Part shown: positions 29,383 through 38,582 of the stretch, piece after piece
Layout: each line of letters starts with the position of its first letter
Position numbering within the stretch: position 1 is the stretch's first letter
Assembly: GCA_963793305.1 (NCBI GenBank)
Contig: CAWBZV010000002.1
Span: 640,001 to 704,000, forward strand
Direction of reading: 5' to 3'
Length of the DNA stretch: 64,000 nt
Source: an uncultured Gemmatimonadales bacterium
Lineage (GTDB): Bacteria > Gemmatimonadota > Gemmatimonadetes > Gemmatimonadales > Gemmatimonadaceae
Program-made: the position numbers and the translations under genes
Notes under the pieces: model-generated
Databases searched by the model: none
Told to the model about the DNA's origin: nothing
The model's input: only the letters and a program-made list of their open reading frames with translations

Positions 29383-30200
29383 GAGTCGCCGTGTTCGTTG
29401 CCGCGCCCGTCCTGATCGGCGCGCTCTACGCCCTCCTTGGCGCGCTCGGCCTCGTCGGGCTCGACGCGCACGGATTCACCACCGAGCACGTGACTCGCGT
29501 TCTCGGCGCGGGGTCTACTTGGCGTGGCATCGGTTGGTCCCTCGCGACCGCCACGGTCGCCACGGCGGCCGCGACCGTCGTGAGCGCGGCGCTGGCGATC
29601 ACTTTTCGCGGTACCCGCATGGGCGATCGCGTCGCGCGAGCGCTGGCGGCCGTGCCGCTCCCCATGCCGCACATCGTTGCCGCGACTCTCGGGCTGCTCG
29701 TGCTGGCCCAGAGCGGTCTCGTTGCCCGAGTGCTCTACGCGGTCGGCATCATCCACGCGACTGCCGGGATGCCGGCATTGGTCCTCGATCGTTTCGGGAT
29801 CGGGTACATGGCCACCATGGCATGGAAGGAAGTGCCATTCTTGAGCGTCGTCGCGATATCCGTCATCGCGACCCGCGGCCCTCGCCTCGAAGAAGTCGCG
29901 CGTACGCTCGGCGCGACGCCAAGCGCAGTCCTGTGGCGCGTAACCGTGCCCATATTGTGGCGTGGCCTCGCGCCCGCCGCGATCGCGGTTGCCATCGTCA
30001 TCGCGGGAAGCTTCGAAGGGGCGTATCTCCTGGCCCCAAGTAGTCCTCTGGCGCTCCCGCTGCTGACATACGAGCGGTATCGCACGATCGACGCCGCGCG
30101 ACGGGCGGATGCGTACGTGCTCGTGTTGCTCGGCCTGACGCTTGCCGTATTGGCGGTGGCGATCCTCGAGTGGGTGAGAGCGCGATGGGACGTCGACTAG
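29379..30200 (+). CDS. ABC transporter permease 1 (YnjC-like)
   Basis: TM helices; WKEVPF; EAA loop EEVARTLGA. Confidence 0.88.
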   Translation: MRVAVFVAAPVLIGALYALLGALGLVGLDAHGFTTEHVTRVLGAGSTWRGIGWSLATATVATAAATVVSAALAITFRGTRMGDRVARALAAVPLPMPHIVAATLGLLVLAQSGLVARVLYAVGIIHATAGMPALVLDRFGIGYMATMAWKEVPFLSVVAISVIATRGPRLEEVARTLGATPSAVLWRVTVPILWRGLAPAAIAVAIVIAGSFEGAYLLAPSSPLALPLLTYERYRTIDAARRADAYVLVLLGLTLAVLAVAILEWVRARWDVD

Positions 30201-30946
30201 CTATTGCTGCTCTGACGGTTTCGGCACTGGCGCCGCTCGTGCTGCTCGGTGTTTGGTCGGTCGGCGACCGGTGGTTCTTTCCCGCGCTGCTCCCGCCACG
30301 CCTGACAGCCGGGGCATGGAAAGCGCTCCTCGGCGGTCAGCTAGGAATAGATGTGATAGTGAGCGGCGTGGTCGCGTCAGCGACCGCCGCAATAGCGTGT
30401 GCTCTCGCTCTGCCGGTCGGCCGCGCAATGGCGCGACTCAGTGGCTGGCGCCGGCGGGTAGCTGCGGCAGTGGCCTTTCTGCCAGTGGCCGCGCCGCCGA
30501 TCGCTCTCGGGCTCGGCCTTCAGTATGCGTTCGCCACACTCGGCCTGACTGGGACGGTCGGCGGCGTCATTCTCGCGCATGTCGTACCCGCGACGGGCTT
30601 CCTGGCGATCTACTTCTCCGGGGTGTTCACGGCGCTCGATCCTCGTATCGAGGACGAAGCCAGATCGCTCGGCGCGAGGCCGCTCCAAGTCTGGACACAC
30701 ATCACGATCCCGATCGTGCGAAGCCAAATCGGCGATGCGCTCGCGTTGGGGTTCCTCGTGTCATGGGCGCAGGTGCCGCTGACTCTCGTGATCGGCGGCG
30801 GCATCGTCCGCACGCTGCCGCTCGCGGTCTATGACTACGTGCGCGCGGGCGAGACGCGATACGCGGCAGCAGGGGCGCTCCTCCTCACGATGCCGCCGAT
30901 GCTGGCGCTCCTCGCCGCGCGCCGCGAGCGCGTCGCGCCCCTGTAA
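30185..30946 (+). CDS. ABC transporter permease 2 (YnjC-like)
   Basis: WFFPALLP; EDEARSLGA; FLVSWAQ; IGGGIVRTLP. Confidence 0.88.
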   Translation: MGRRLAIAALTVSALAPLVLLGVWSVGDRWFFPALLPPRLTAGAWKALLGGQLGIDVIVSGVVASATAAIACALALPVGRAMARLSGWRRRVAAAVAFLPVAAPPIALGLGLQYAFATLGLTGTVGGVILAHVVPATGFLAIYFSGVFTALDPRIEDEARSLGARPLQVWTHITIPIVRSQIGDALALGFLVSWAQVPLTLVIGGGIVRTLPLAVYDYVRAGETRYAAAGALLLTMPPMLALLAARRERVAPL

Positions 30947-31869
30947 TGGAGCCCGCGCTCCTGGTGCAGGGACTCGCCGTGCCCTTCGGTGCCGGGCCCG
31001 GCCTCCGTGACGTGACGTTCGACGTCGCCGCCGGCGAACGCTTCGTGGTCCTCGGCGCCTCGGGCGCCGGGAAAACGTCGCTGCTCCGCGCGCTCGCCGG
31101 CCTGTCGCCGGTCACGGACGGCACCTTCGCCGTCAGTGGAGCGGCGATCTATCTCCACCAGACGCCCGTGCTGTTCCCCCATCTCACGGTCTACGAAAAC
31201 GTGGCGTTCCCGTTGCGCATCCGGCATCGACGCGAGGCCGAGATCGACAGCCGGGTGCGCGCGGCCCTCGCGTCCGTGCAGATGAGCGGCTTCGCGCCCC
31301 GCATGCCGCGCACGCTGAGCGGCGGCCAAGCCCACCGCGTCGCGCTCGCCCGCGCCGTGGTCGCGCGGCCCGCGTTGCTCCTGCTCGACGAGCCGCTGGC
31401 GTCGCTCGACCCGACCCTGCGCGAGGATATGCGACGGACGATCCTCGGGCTGCAAACCGACTGGGATGGCGCGATGGTGATCGTCACGCACGATCTCGAC
31501 GAGATGAGCGCGCTCGCCGACCGTGTCGCGGTGTTGCTCGACCGGCGCATCGCCCAGATCGCGTCGCCGGCCGAAGTGCTGTCGCGTCCGGCGTCCCTGG
31601 CCGTCGCGCGGTTTCTCGGGCACATGAACGAGATGCGGATGTCCGATGATACGGTGGCCGTCTTTCCGCCGTCCGCGGTACGACCCCAGGCCGACGGCCG
31701 GCGCGCGCGCGTCGTCGCGTTGCGCCCTCGCGTCAGGGGCACGACGGCGGTGCTCGCCGTAGGCGACGCGCAGGTCGAGATGGCGGTCGATCCGCTCCAA
31801 CCACCATCGGTAGGCGACGAGCTCTGTGTGGCGTTCGATCCGAGGGGGGTCGTGCTCTTCCAGAGGTGA
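30946..31869 (+). CDS. ABC transporter ATP-binding protein
   Basis: GASGAGKT, LSGGQ, LLLDEP, VTHD; TOBE-like tail. Confidence 0.93.
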   Translation: MEPALLVQGLAVPFGAGPGLRDVTFDVAAGERFVVLGASGAGKTSLLRALAGLSPVTDGTFAVSGAAIYLHQTPVLFPHLTVYENVAFPLRIRHRREAEIDSRVRAALASVQMSGFAPRMPRTLSGGQAHRVALARAVVARPALLLLDEPLASLDPTLREDMRRTILGLQTDWDGAMVIVTHDLDEMSALADRVAVLLDRRIAQIASPAEVLSRPASLAVARFLGHMNEMRMSDDTVAVFPPSAVRPQADGRRARVVALRPRVRGTTAVLAVGDAQVEMAVDPLQPPSVGDELCVAFDPRGVVLFQR

Positions 31870-31891
31870 GTCTGCGACAGTAACGTGGTGC

Positions 31892-33481
31892 ATGACCCTC
31901 AAGGTTGCGACGCGGGCACTCGTCGCGGTCGGTCTGGCGCTCCGGGTTTGGCAGTATGCGGCGGACCAGTCGATGTGGTTCGACGAGCTGTTGATCGCCC
32001 GCAACGTCCTCGGTCGTTCGCTGAGCGACTTGGTGCTCAAGCCGCTCGGGTACGATCAGATTGCCCCGATCGGGTACATGGCGCTAGTCAAGCTGAGCGC
32101 GCTGGCGTTCGGGCCGAGCGACCTCGCTCTCCGGCTCCCCTCGTTCCTGGCGGGCATCCTTGCTCTGATCCTGTGTTGGCGCCTGGCCGAAGAGACCCTG
32201 GACGGCGTGGCTGTTCCAATCGCCGTCGGTCTGTTTGCTCTCGCGATCCCCATGGTGCGGTATAGCGGGGAGCTCAAACAGTACATGCTCGACGTGGCCG
32301 CGGCCCTCATCATGACGTTGATCGCACTCGATCTGCGCCGCCGCGAGCCGACCATCCGGCGGTGCGTGAGGGCAGCGCTCGCCGGGTGCATCCTCGTGTG
32401 GTTTTCGCAGACCACGGTGTTCATCCTGGCGGGCCTCGGTCTAGCGTTCGTCTGGCTCGTCGTTGTCGAGCACGCCGCGTCGGCCCGGCGACCGGCGTTC
32501 ATCGTCGTCCCGATCTGGGCGATGGCGTCGCTCGCGGCGACGATCGTATCCATCCGCCGCGTCTCGCCCGAGACGCTGGCGTTTATGCATGGATTCTGGA
32601 CCATGCTCCACGGGTTCTTGCCGCCCGCGCCGCGCCTCCGCGATGTGTTCTGGCTGTGGGATCGTGTCGTCGGGTTCCTGGGCCGGGGATTCTCCTGGTA
32701 CGCGTGGCCGGGGCTCTTCGCCGCCGCGGCTGGCGTCGGGTTCGTGGTGTTGTGGCGACAACGCCGAGAGGTCGCGCTTTTCCTGCTTGGGCCGGTCATC
32801 GTCACGGTCATTGCGGCGGTCGCGCGCCAGTATCCGTTCTGGAATCGCACCGTGTTGTTTCTCGTGCCGGCGCTCGTGATCGCGATCGCGGCGGCGGTCG
32901 AATGGGGGCGGTCGCTCGCGGCGCGAGCCCATCGCGGCCTCGGTGTGCTGGTCGTCGCACCGTTCGCGGTCATCCCGGTATTGGCGCTCGTTCGCATCCC
33001 GCCGCCGTATTTCTACGAGGCGTACAAGCCCGTCCTGGCGTACGCGCAGTCTCAGCAACGTCCTGGTGACGTCGTCTACGTCTTTGCCAACGCTTTCGAA
33101 GGCGTCGATCACTATGGGCCCCGGTACGGACTGCCGAGCGGGAGTTACGTGCTGGGCACCTGTGATGAACGGGAGACGCGGCCGTTCGTCGAGCAAGTGG
33201 ACCGTTTCCGTGGCACGCCGCGCCTGTGGGTGATCGGATCCAGCCTGCCGGATTTTCAGAACGCCCGCGACGCGATCGACCGGTATCTCGGGACCATTGG
33301 GATCCGGCGTAACGTCTACGCGGTCCCATCTCCGCTCGTGCCGCAGTTCGGCGCGGCGAGCGCCGAGCTGTTCGATCTCAGCGATACGACGCGCCTCCGA
33401 GCGACGACCGTGGCGACGTTCCAACCTCCGCCGAACACAACGGGGCGATTCCCGGCCTGTTTCGACTGGGTGCGTCCTTAG
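31892..33481 (+). CDS. GT-C fold (PMT/GT39-like) membrane glycosyltransferase
   Basis: SMWFDE after TM1, LALRLPS, ELKQY, about 11 TM helices and a C-terminal soluble domain. Confidence 0.75.
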   Translation: MTLKVATRALVAVGLALRVWQYAADQSMWFDELLIARNVLGRSLSDLVLKPLGYDQIAPIGYMALVKLSALAFGPSDLALRLPSFLAGILALILCWRLAEETLDGVAVPIAVGLFALAIPMVRYSGELKQYMLDVAAALIMTLIALDLRRREPTIRRCVRAALAGCILVWFSQTTVFILAGLGLAFVWLVVVEHAASARRPAFIVVPIWAMASLAATIVSIRRVSPETLAFMHGFWTMLHGFLPPAPRLRDVFWLWDRVVGFLGRGFSWYAWPGLFAAAAGVGFVVLWRQRREVALFLLGPVIVTVIAAVARQYPFWNRTVLFLVPALVIAIAAAVEWGRSLAARAHRGLGVLVVAPFAVIPVLALVRIPPPYFYEAYKPVLAYAQSQQRPGDVVYVFANAFEGVDHYGPRYGLPSGSYVLGTCDERETRPFVEQVDRFRGTPRLWVIGSSLPDFQNARDAIDRYLGTIGIRRNVYAVPSPLVPQFGAASAELFDLSDTTRLRATTVATFQPPPNTTGRFPACFDWVRP

Positions 33482-34191
33482 AACGTCGAAACCCCGAGTG
33501 TCCCGATGTCGTCGACGCGCATTGTCTCGTAGGTAAAATACGGCTCGCCGTATCGCGTGCGGATCATCGAGCCATAATGCGCCGCGTGATGGCGCACGAC
33601 GTCGAACAGGGGCTCGCCGTTGGGATACACCTCGCCGGCTTGCGTCACGCCCTCGAACTGCGAGGCATAACACCGGATCGCGTCGAGCTTGCGTTCGAAG
33701 TAATCACTCACGTCAACCACAAACGTGGGCTTCGAAAAATCCTCTCGATACGTCACGCAGTGAATGACCTTCAACGGCCAATGCTTGGGCGTGTCGGGAT
33801 CGATCTTCTGGAGGCCCGCCACGAAGCACGCGTCGCGCACAAGCGCCGCGGTCTCCCGGTGATCCGGGTGGCGTCCCATGAGCGCGGGGGCTATGACGAC
33901 GCGAGGCCGCAGGCGGCGAATCACGACGGCGACCAACCGACGAGTCTCCGGTGTATTCACGATTCCGGCGTCGGGAAGCCCGAGATTCTCTCGCACGCTC
34001 ACGCCGAGGACCTCGGCAGCCTGGGCAGCCTCCTGCGCGCGCAGCTCGGCGGAGCCGCGGGTCCCCATCTCGCCTTCGGTAAGATCGAGAATGCCGGTCG
34101 TGTGACCCGCCGCGGCCGCGCGCAGCAACGTCCCGCCGCACGTGAGCTCAACGTCGTCGCGGTGCGCGGCGACGGCGAGAACGGTGATCAT
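33478..34191 (-). CDS. bshB1: PIG-L family deacetylase, BshB1-like
   Basis: AHRDDVELTCGG, DLTEGEMGTRG, RHPDH, YASQF. Confidence 0.8.
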   Translation of the reverse strand: MITVLAVAAHRDDVELTCGGTLLRAAAAGHTTGILDLTEGEMGTRGSAELRAQEAAQAAEVLGVSVRENLGLPDAGIVNTPETRRLVAVVIRRLRPRVVIAPALMGRHPDHRETAALVRDACFVAGLQKIDPDTPKHWPLKVIHCVTYREDFSKPTFVVDVSDYFERKLDAIRCYASQFEGVTQAGEVYPNGEPLFDVVRHHAAHYGSMIRTRYGEPYFTYETMRVDDIGTLGVSTF

Positions 34192-35831
34192 ACCCGGAGC
34201 GTCGCGGTGATCGCCCGCCCTTCGGCGGCGCTCTGGATGCGGTTCACGGGATGACGCGCGAGACAGCGCTTGACGAGCGCGTCGAGCGCGTCGGGTACAT
34301 CAGGGCGGACGGCTTTCGGCGACGGCGGCGGCTCGCTCAGCTTGCGCGACAGCACCCCTTGGGCGGTCGCCGAGCGGAACGGTGCCTCGCCGACGAGTGT
34401 CTCGTATACAATGCAGCCAAAGCTGTAGAGGTCGCTTCTCTCGTCTGACGGCGATTCCCCGGATAGCTGCTCAGGGCTGAGATAGGCGGGCGCGCCGAAG
34501 CTCGCGACGGTCGAGCCGGCGTCCGCGCCTGGCCTCGGCCGCAGTGCGTCCGTAAGCGCCCAGGACGTGACGACGGCAGTCGTGCCCTTGAGGACGATAT
34601 GCTTTGGCCGGAGATCGCCGTGCCGAACGCCCCGGCTGTGCGCATGGGCGAGGGCCGTCATCATGTCGTCGGCGATGCGAACCGCGTCCGCGATCGGGAG
34701 TGGGCGCTCGCGGGCCAGGCGGTCTTTCAGCGTCAGGCCATCGGCCGGGTCGGTCGTGTAGTACACGACATCGCCAGAGACGCCGAAGTCGAGAATCGGC
34801 ATGACGTGCTGATCCTCGAGCGTCGTCACGCGCTCGAAGACGTGAGCCATGCGCTCGCCGTCCGCGAGGGCGGCGAATCCGGGCGCCACCACGTGAATAT
34901 GAACCGGCCGGGATCTCCTTCTGTCTTTGGCGCCGAACGTCACGAGCACAGTTGAAATCGACACGGTGCGGTCAATCGCATACCGATCGCCCAGCACGCG
35001 CGTGACCCGGTCTCTGTATTGATCCGCGGTTACGGCTTCGGGCAGAGACGCCGCGAGCGCGATAGACGGTGCGACCGGCGGCTGGCTCACCTTCTTTTCA
35101 GTTCGTACAGGGACCGCGACACGGCCCGCGCGAAGGCGTTGAATCCAATCGGCGACTTCCGGGTCAGTCTCGGACTCGAGCTCCTGTCGCACGAGCTCCT
35201 CATGCACCAGGGCGGACCGTAGGGCTCCTGCTTGATCACCGGCGGCGATCATCGCCTCAATGAGCCCGACGGCGAAGCGCGAGCTCAGTGGCTCGACCGA
35301 CGCCAGCTTGCGGCGCCATTGTACGGCGACCGTGTGCTCGTTCCGGTCGGCGGCCGCATCGGCGAGGACCTCGAGGGCTTTTTCGTACTCGCGCTGCAGG
35401 CGCGCGCGTTCCTCGTCGATCCACCGATCGTAGGCCGGCGCCCCGTCGATCGAAAACCCATCGAGGAACGGACCCTGGTAGAGCGCGACCGCCCGATACG
35501 CCGCGTGCTGCGAGACGGCGTCCTCGAACTCGGCAACGTCGCAGCTGAAGATCGTCGGATTGAGCTGCAAGGTGCCCGTCCCGACGAACAGCGCCTCGAC
35601 GTTCAACGCGCGGCGGATGGCCGACAACGCTTGTTCCAGCGCATGACGCGCCTGTTCCGGCGCGCCGCCCGGCCACAGCGTGCCAACGAGCAGGTCGCGC
35701 GTCACGCCGCGCTTACCAGTCGTGGCAATGCGCGCGAGGAGCGCGAGCCGCCGTCGCTGGCTGGCTGGCCCCTGGTGCGGCTGGCCGTCCTGCAGCAGTG
35801 TGAGACCGCCAAGCGCCGTCAACCGGAGCAT
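34188..35831 (-). CDS. wHTH-BTAD (SARP-like) regulator fused to a degenerate Ser/Thr kinase domain
   Basis: LTALGGL, LWPG, LYQGPFLDGF, WIDEER; kinase half has HGDLRPKH, YLSPEQ and SDLYSFG. Confidence 0.85.
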   Translation of the reverse strand: MLRLTALGGLTLLQDGQPHQGPASQRRRLALLARIATTGKRGVTRDLLVGTLWPGGAPEQARHALEQALSAIRRALNVEALFVGTGTLQLNPTIFSCDVAEFEDAVSQHAAYRAVALYQGPFLDGFSIDGAPAYDRWIDEERARLQREYEKALEVLADAAADRNEHTVAVQWRRKLASVEPLSSRFAVGLIEAMIAAGDQAGALRSALVHEELVRQELESETDPEVADWIQRLRAGRVAVPVRTEKKVSQPPVAPSIALAASLPEAVTADQYRDRVTRVLGDRYAIDRTVSISTVLVTFGAKDRRRSRPVHIHVVAPGFAALADGERMAHVFERVTTLEDQHVMPILDFGVSGDVVYYTTDPADGLTLKDRLARERPLPIADAVRIADDMMTALAHAHSRGVRHGDLRPKHIVLKGTTAVVTSWALTDALRPRPGADAGSTVASFGAPAYLSPEQLSGESPSDERSDLYSFGCIVYETLVGEAPFRSATAQGVLSRKLSEPPPSPKAVRPDVPDALDALVKRCLARHPVNRIQSAAEGRAITATLRV

Positions 35832-35840
35832 GCGCAGAAT

Positions 35841-36692
35841 CTATCTGCGCCGACGCTTCGTCGCGACTGTGTCGAACGCCATCGCGAATTCGTCGGCGGT
35901 CTGGAATCGGTCGTTTGGCATCGGCAACGTCGCGCGGAGCACGGCGGCCTCGAGGTGTTCGGGCACATCTTTCCGGTGCGGCCGGATAGGCGCGGCGGGG
36001 CCGAAATAGCGCGTTGTGCCCCCCTCGGCGCCCCGGTTGGGCGGCGCGCCCGTGAGCGCCTCGTACAGGACGCATCCGAGGGAATAGATGTCGCTGCGGC
36101 CGTCGACCGGGTCGCCGTAGGCTTGCTCTGGGCTCATGTAGCCGGGCGTACCGAGGATCACGCCGGTGGTGGTCAACCGCGAGCCGCCGGCGCCATGGGC
36201 GATCCCGAAGTCGGCCAGGAGCACCCGGTCGCCGCCATCCTGAATCAGCACGTTCTGTGGCTTGATGTCGCGATGGATCACGCCACGCGCATGCGCAAAG
36301 GCCAGCGCTGAGGCGAGTTGCTGCGCCACCCGCACGACCGCGTCGCTCGACAGACGCTTGTCGCGGTCCATCCAGGAGCGGAGCGACCCGCCCGAGACGA
36401 ACGGCATCACGAAGTACAAGCTGCCGTCTGTGTCCTGTCCCGAATCGAATAAGGGGAGAATGTGCGGGTGCTGGAGCTGCGCGAGCGTGACGATCTCGCG
36501 GGCAAACCGCGTGATCGCCACGGGATCGGCCCGCGGCGCCTCCAAGAACTTGATCGCCACCGCCCGGGTCTCACGTCCGTCCCATGCGTGGTAGACGGTG
36601 GCCATCCCGCCATCTTGCCGTAGTTCCTGCTCAATGACATACCGGCCAGCAATCACGGAGCCAACGGCCCGGCCAGCAGGAGATATGCTCAC
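35841..36692 (-). CDS. Hanks-type Ser/Thr protein kinase (cytoplasmic, kinase domain only)
   Basis: GGMATVY, VAIK, HRDIKPQN, DFG, GTPGYMSPEQ, SDIYSLG; start GTG 36692 or ATG 36716. Confidence 0.93.
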   Translation of the reverse strand: MSISPAGRAVGSVIAGRYVIEQELRQDGGMATVYHAWDGRETRAVAIKFLEAPRADPVAITRFAREIVTLAQLQHPHILPLFDSGQDTDGSLYFVMPFVSGGSLRSWMDRDKRLSSDAVVRVAQQLASALAFAHARGVIHRDIKPQNVLIQDGGDRVLLADFGIAHGAGGSRLTTTGVILGTPGYMSPEQAYGDPVDGRSDIYSLGCVLYEALTGAPPNRGAEGGTTRYFGPAAPIRPHRKDVPEHLEAAVLRATLPMPNDRFQTADEFAMAFDTVATKRRRR

Positions 36693-36714
36693 GCCTGCTA
36701 GTTTAACGTTCATC

Positions 36715-37281
36715 ATGTCCTTGGTGAAACGGTGCCTGCCGCTCGTCCTTCTCACCGCATGCGTATCGCATCGCCCACATCCGGTCACAATCGCCGCGCC
36801 AGCGGAGAACGAACCCTCCCGGTACATGGCGCCCAGCGCGTCGTATGTGTGCCAATCGATGCGGCTCTACGAGACATCCGGCCCGAAGGTCCAGAGCTGT
36901 CTTCGGCAGAGTGGTGATACGACGTGGCTCGTCGACCGGGACAAAGACGGGCATGTCCTGGCCGCCGGATGGGAGGCAATGGTATCGCTGGACCGCCTGG
37001 CCGACGCTACGACGGCGCTTGAGGACGCCCTGACCCAGCGATACGGCCCGCCGGACTCGTGCGTGTCTCGCACCGGCACGCTCAAACAGTGGCTGTGGTG
37101 GCCAGCCGGCCGCTATACGGTACAAGCCCGGCTCGTCGATCCCTCGCCGCTCTACGCCGTTCGTCGCGGGCGCCTCGAGGTCCAAGCTATCCCCGCGGAG
37201 GCCGTGGTATGCCTCACGTGGGTCCACACGCCGGTGGACCTCGGCGCAGCCGACGGTCAGTCCAACCGACCCGCTCGATAA
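36715..37281 (+). CDS. Hypothetical lipoprotein
   Basis: KRCLPLVLLTAC lipobox; fills the gap between flanking genes. Confidence 0.65.
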   Translation: MSLVKRCLPLVLLTACVSHRPHPVTIAAPAENEPSRYMAPSASYVCQSMRLYETSGPKVQSCLRQSGDTTWLVDRDKDGHVLAAGWEAMVSLDRLADATTALEDALTQRYGPPDSCVSRTGTLKQWLWWPAGRYTVQARLVDPSPLYAVRRGRLEVQAIPAEAVVCLTWVHTPVDLGAADGQSNRPAR

Positions 37282-37319
37282 GCGCGCAGCGGCTTCATCG
37301 AGCTAGCCCCGGAGGGGCG

Positions 37320-38582
37320 CTATTCGTACCGGAGGGCCGTAACGGGGTCCAGCCGTGAGGCCCTGACGGCCGGCAGCACGCCGAATGCAATACCGGTGAT
37401 GATGCTCGCCACGATCGCAATGAGGATCGCGAGCGGCGGCACCGAAGCGGGAATAGCCGGCCATTTCCACTTCGTGAACGCCGCCGCGCCCCATCCGAGC
37501 AAGAAGCCGATGCCGACGCCGATGCTGGTCAGCGTGACGGCTTCGATCAGGAACTGCCACAGAATGATGAGCCGCGTGGCCCCGAGCGCTTTGCGCACGC
37601 CGATCTCGCGGGTGCGCTCGGTGACGCTGATCATCATGATCGCGATGACGCCAACGCCGCCCACGAGCAAGCCGACGGCCGAGAGCACCAAGGTGACGAT
37701 GCCAATGACGCCGAAGAAGTTGTTGTAGACCTGGAACAGTCGGTCCTGCGTGACGATCTCGAAGTTGTTCCGTCGTTCCGGCCGGAGCCCGCGCTCGCCG
37801 CGCAAGTACGCGATGACGTCGTCGATGGCCTGATCGCGCGACACGCTCGCGACGGGCTTGACCGACACCCACATGTCGGGCACCCACACCTTGTAATGCC
37901 GGATCAGGGTCTGCACGGGGATGATGCCCATCGCGTGCTCACCGCCCGTGAAGAAGCTCGGGTGGTAATGATACCAGCCGATGACTTCGAATGGCGCACC
38001 GTCGATCGTGACCGATTTGCCGACGGGATTGACGCTGTCCGCGAAGAGATGACTGACCGCGATGTCATTGAGCAGCACGACGCGCGCACCGCTCGCGTTC
38101 TCCTCGATCGTGAATGAGCGACCCGGGTTGATGTCGCCGCCGGTCATCTGCTCCCAGCCGGGCGTATAGCCCGTGAGCTGAGCCGATGGCAACGCGCGAT
38201 CGCCGTACTTGAACACGCCGTTGAAATCGAGCTCGCCCATGACGCCCTGGACCGATGACAGGCGTCCCATAGCCGTCATCTCGGCGAACGACGTGCCCGG
38301 ATTGTGCCGCCACGGACACATCTCGTCGGTGCCATCGCAGGAGTTGAACCCGACTGGCCAGCGGGTGATGAAGAAGGTGGTCGCCCCCGCCGACTCGATG
38401 TCCTTCGCCACAGACTCGTTGATGCCGTGGATCATGGAGGCCATGGCGGTCACCGAGAAGACACCGACCGCAATGCCGAGAATCGTGAGCGCAGCGCGCA
38501 CCTTGTTCGCCCGTATCGCATCGAGCGCGATGGTGACGCCTTCGAGCAGTGCCGAGATGCGCGCGGAAACGGCCACCGTCAC
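37320..38582 (-). CDS. MacB/FtsX-family ABC permease
   Basis: [42 protein letters not shown]. Confidence 0.94.
   Translation of the reverse strand: MTVAVSARISALLEGVTIALDAIRANKVRAALTILGIAVGVFSVTAMASMIHGINESVAKDIESAGATTFFITRWPVGFNSCDGTDEMCPWRHNPGTSFAEMTAMGRLSSVQGVMGELDFNGVFKYGDRALPSAQLTGYTPGWEQMTGGDINPGRSFTIEENASGARVVLLNDIAVSHLFADSVNPVGKSVTIDGAPFEVIGWYHYHPSFFTGGEHAMGIIPVQTLIRHYKVWVPDMWVSVKPVASVSRDQAIDDVIAYLRGERGLRPERRNNFEIVTQDRLFQVYNNFFGVIGIVTLVLSAVGLLVGGVGVIAIMMISVTERTREIGVRKALGATRLIILWQFLIEAVTLTSIGVGIGFLLGWGAAAFTKWKWPAIPASVPPLAILIAIVASIITGIAFGVLPAVRASRLDPVTALRYE

Noticed and set aside
37306..37319. GCCCC-GGA-GGGGC hairpin as a bidirectional terminator
   Set aside because: Five-bp stem with no U-tract on either side
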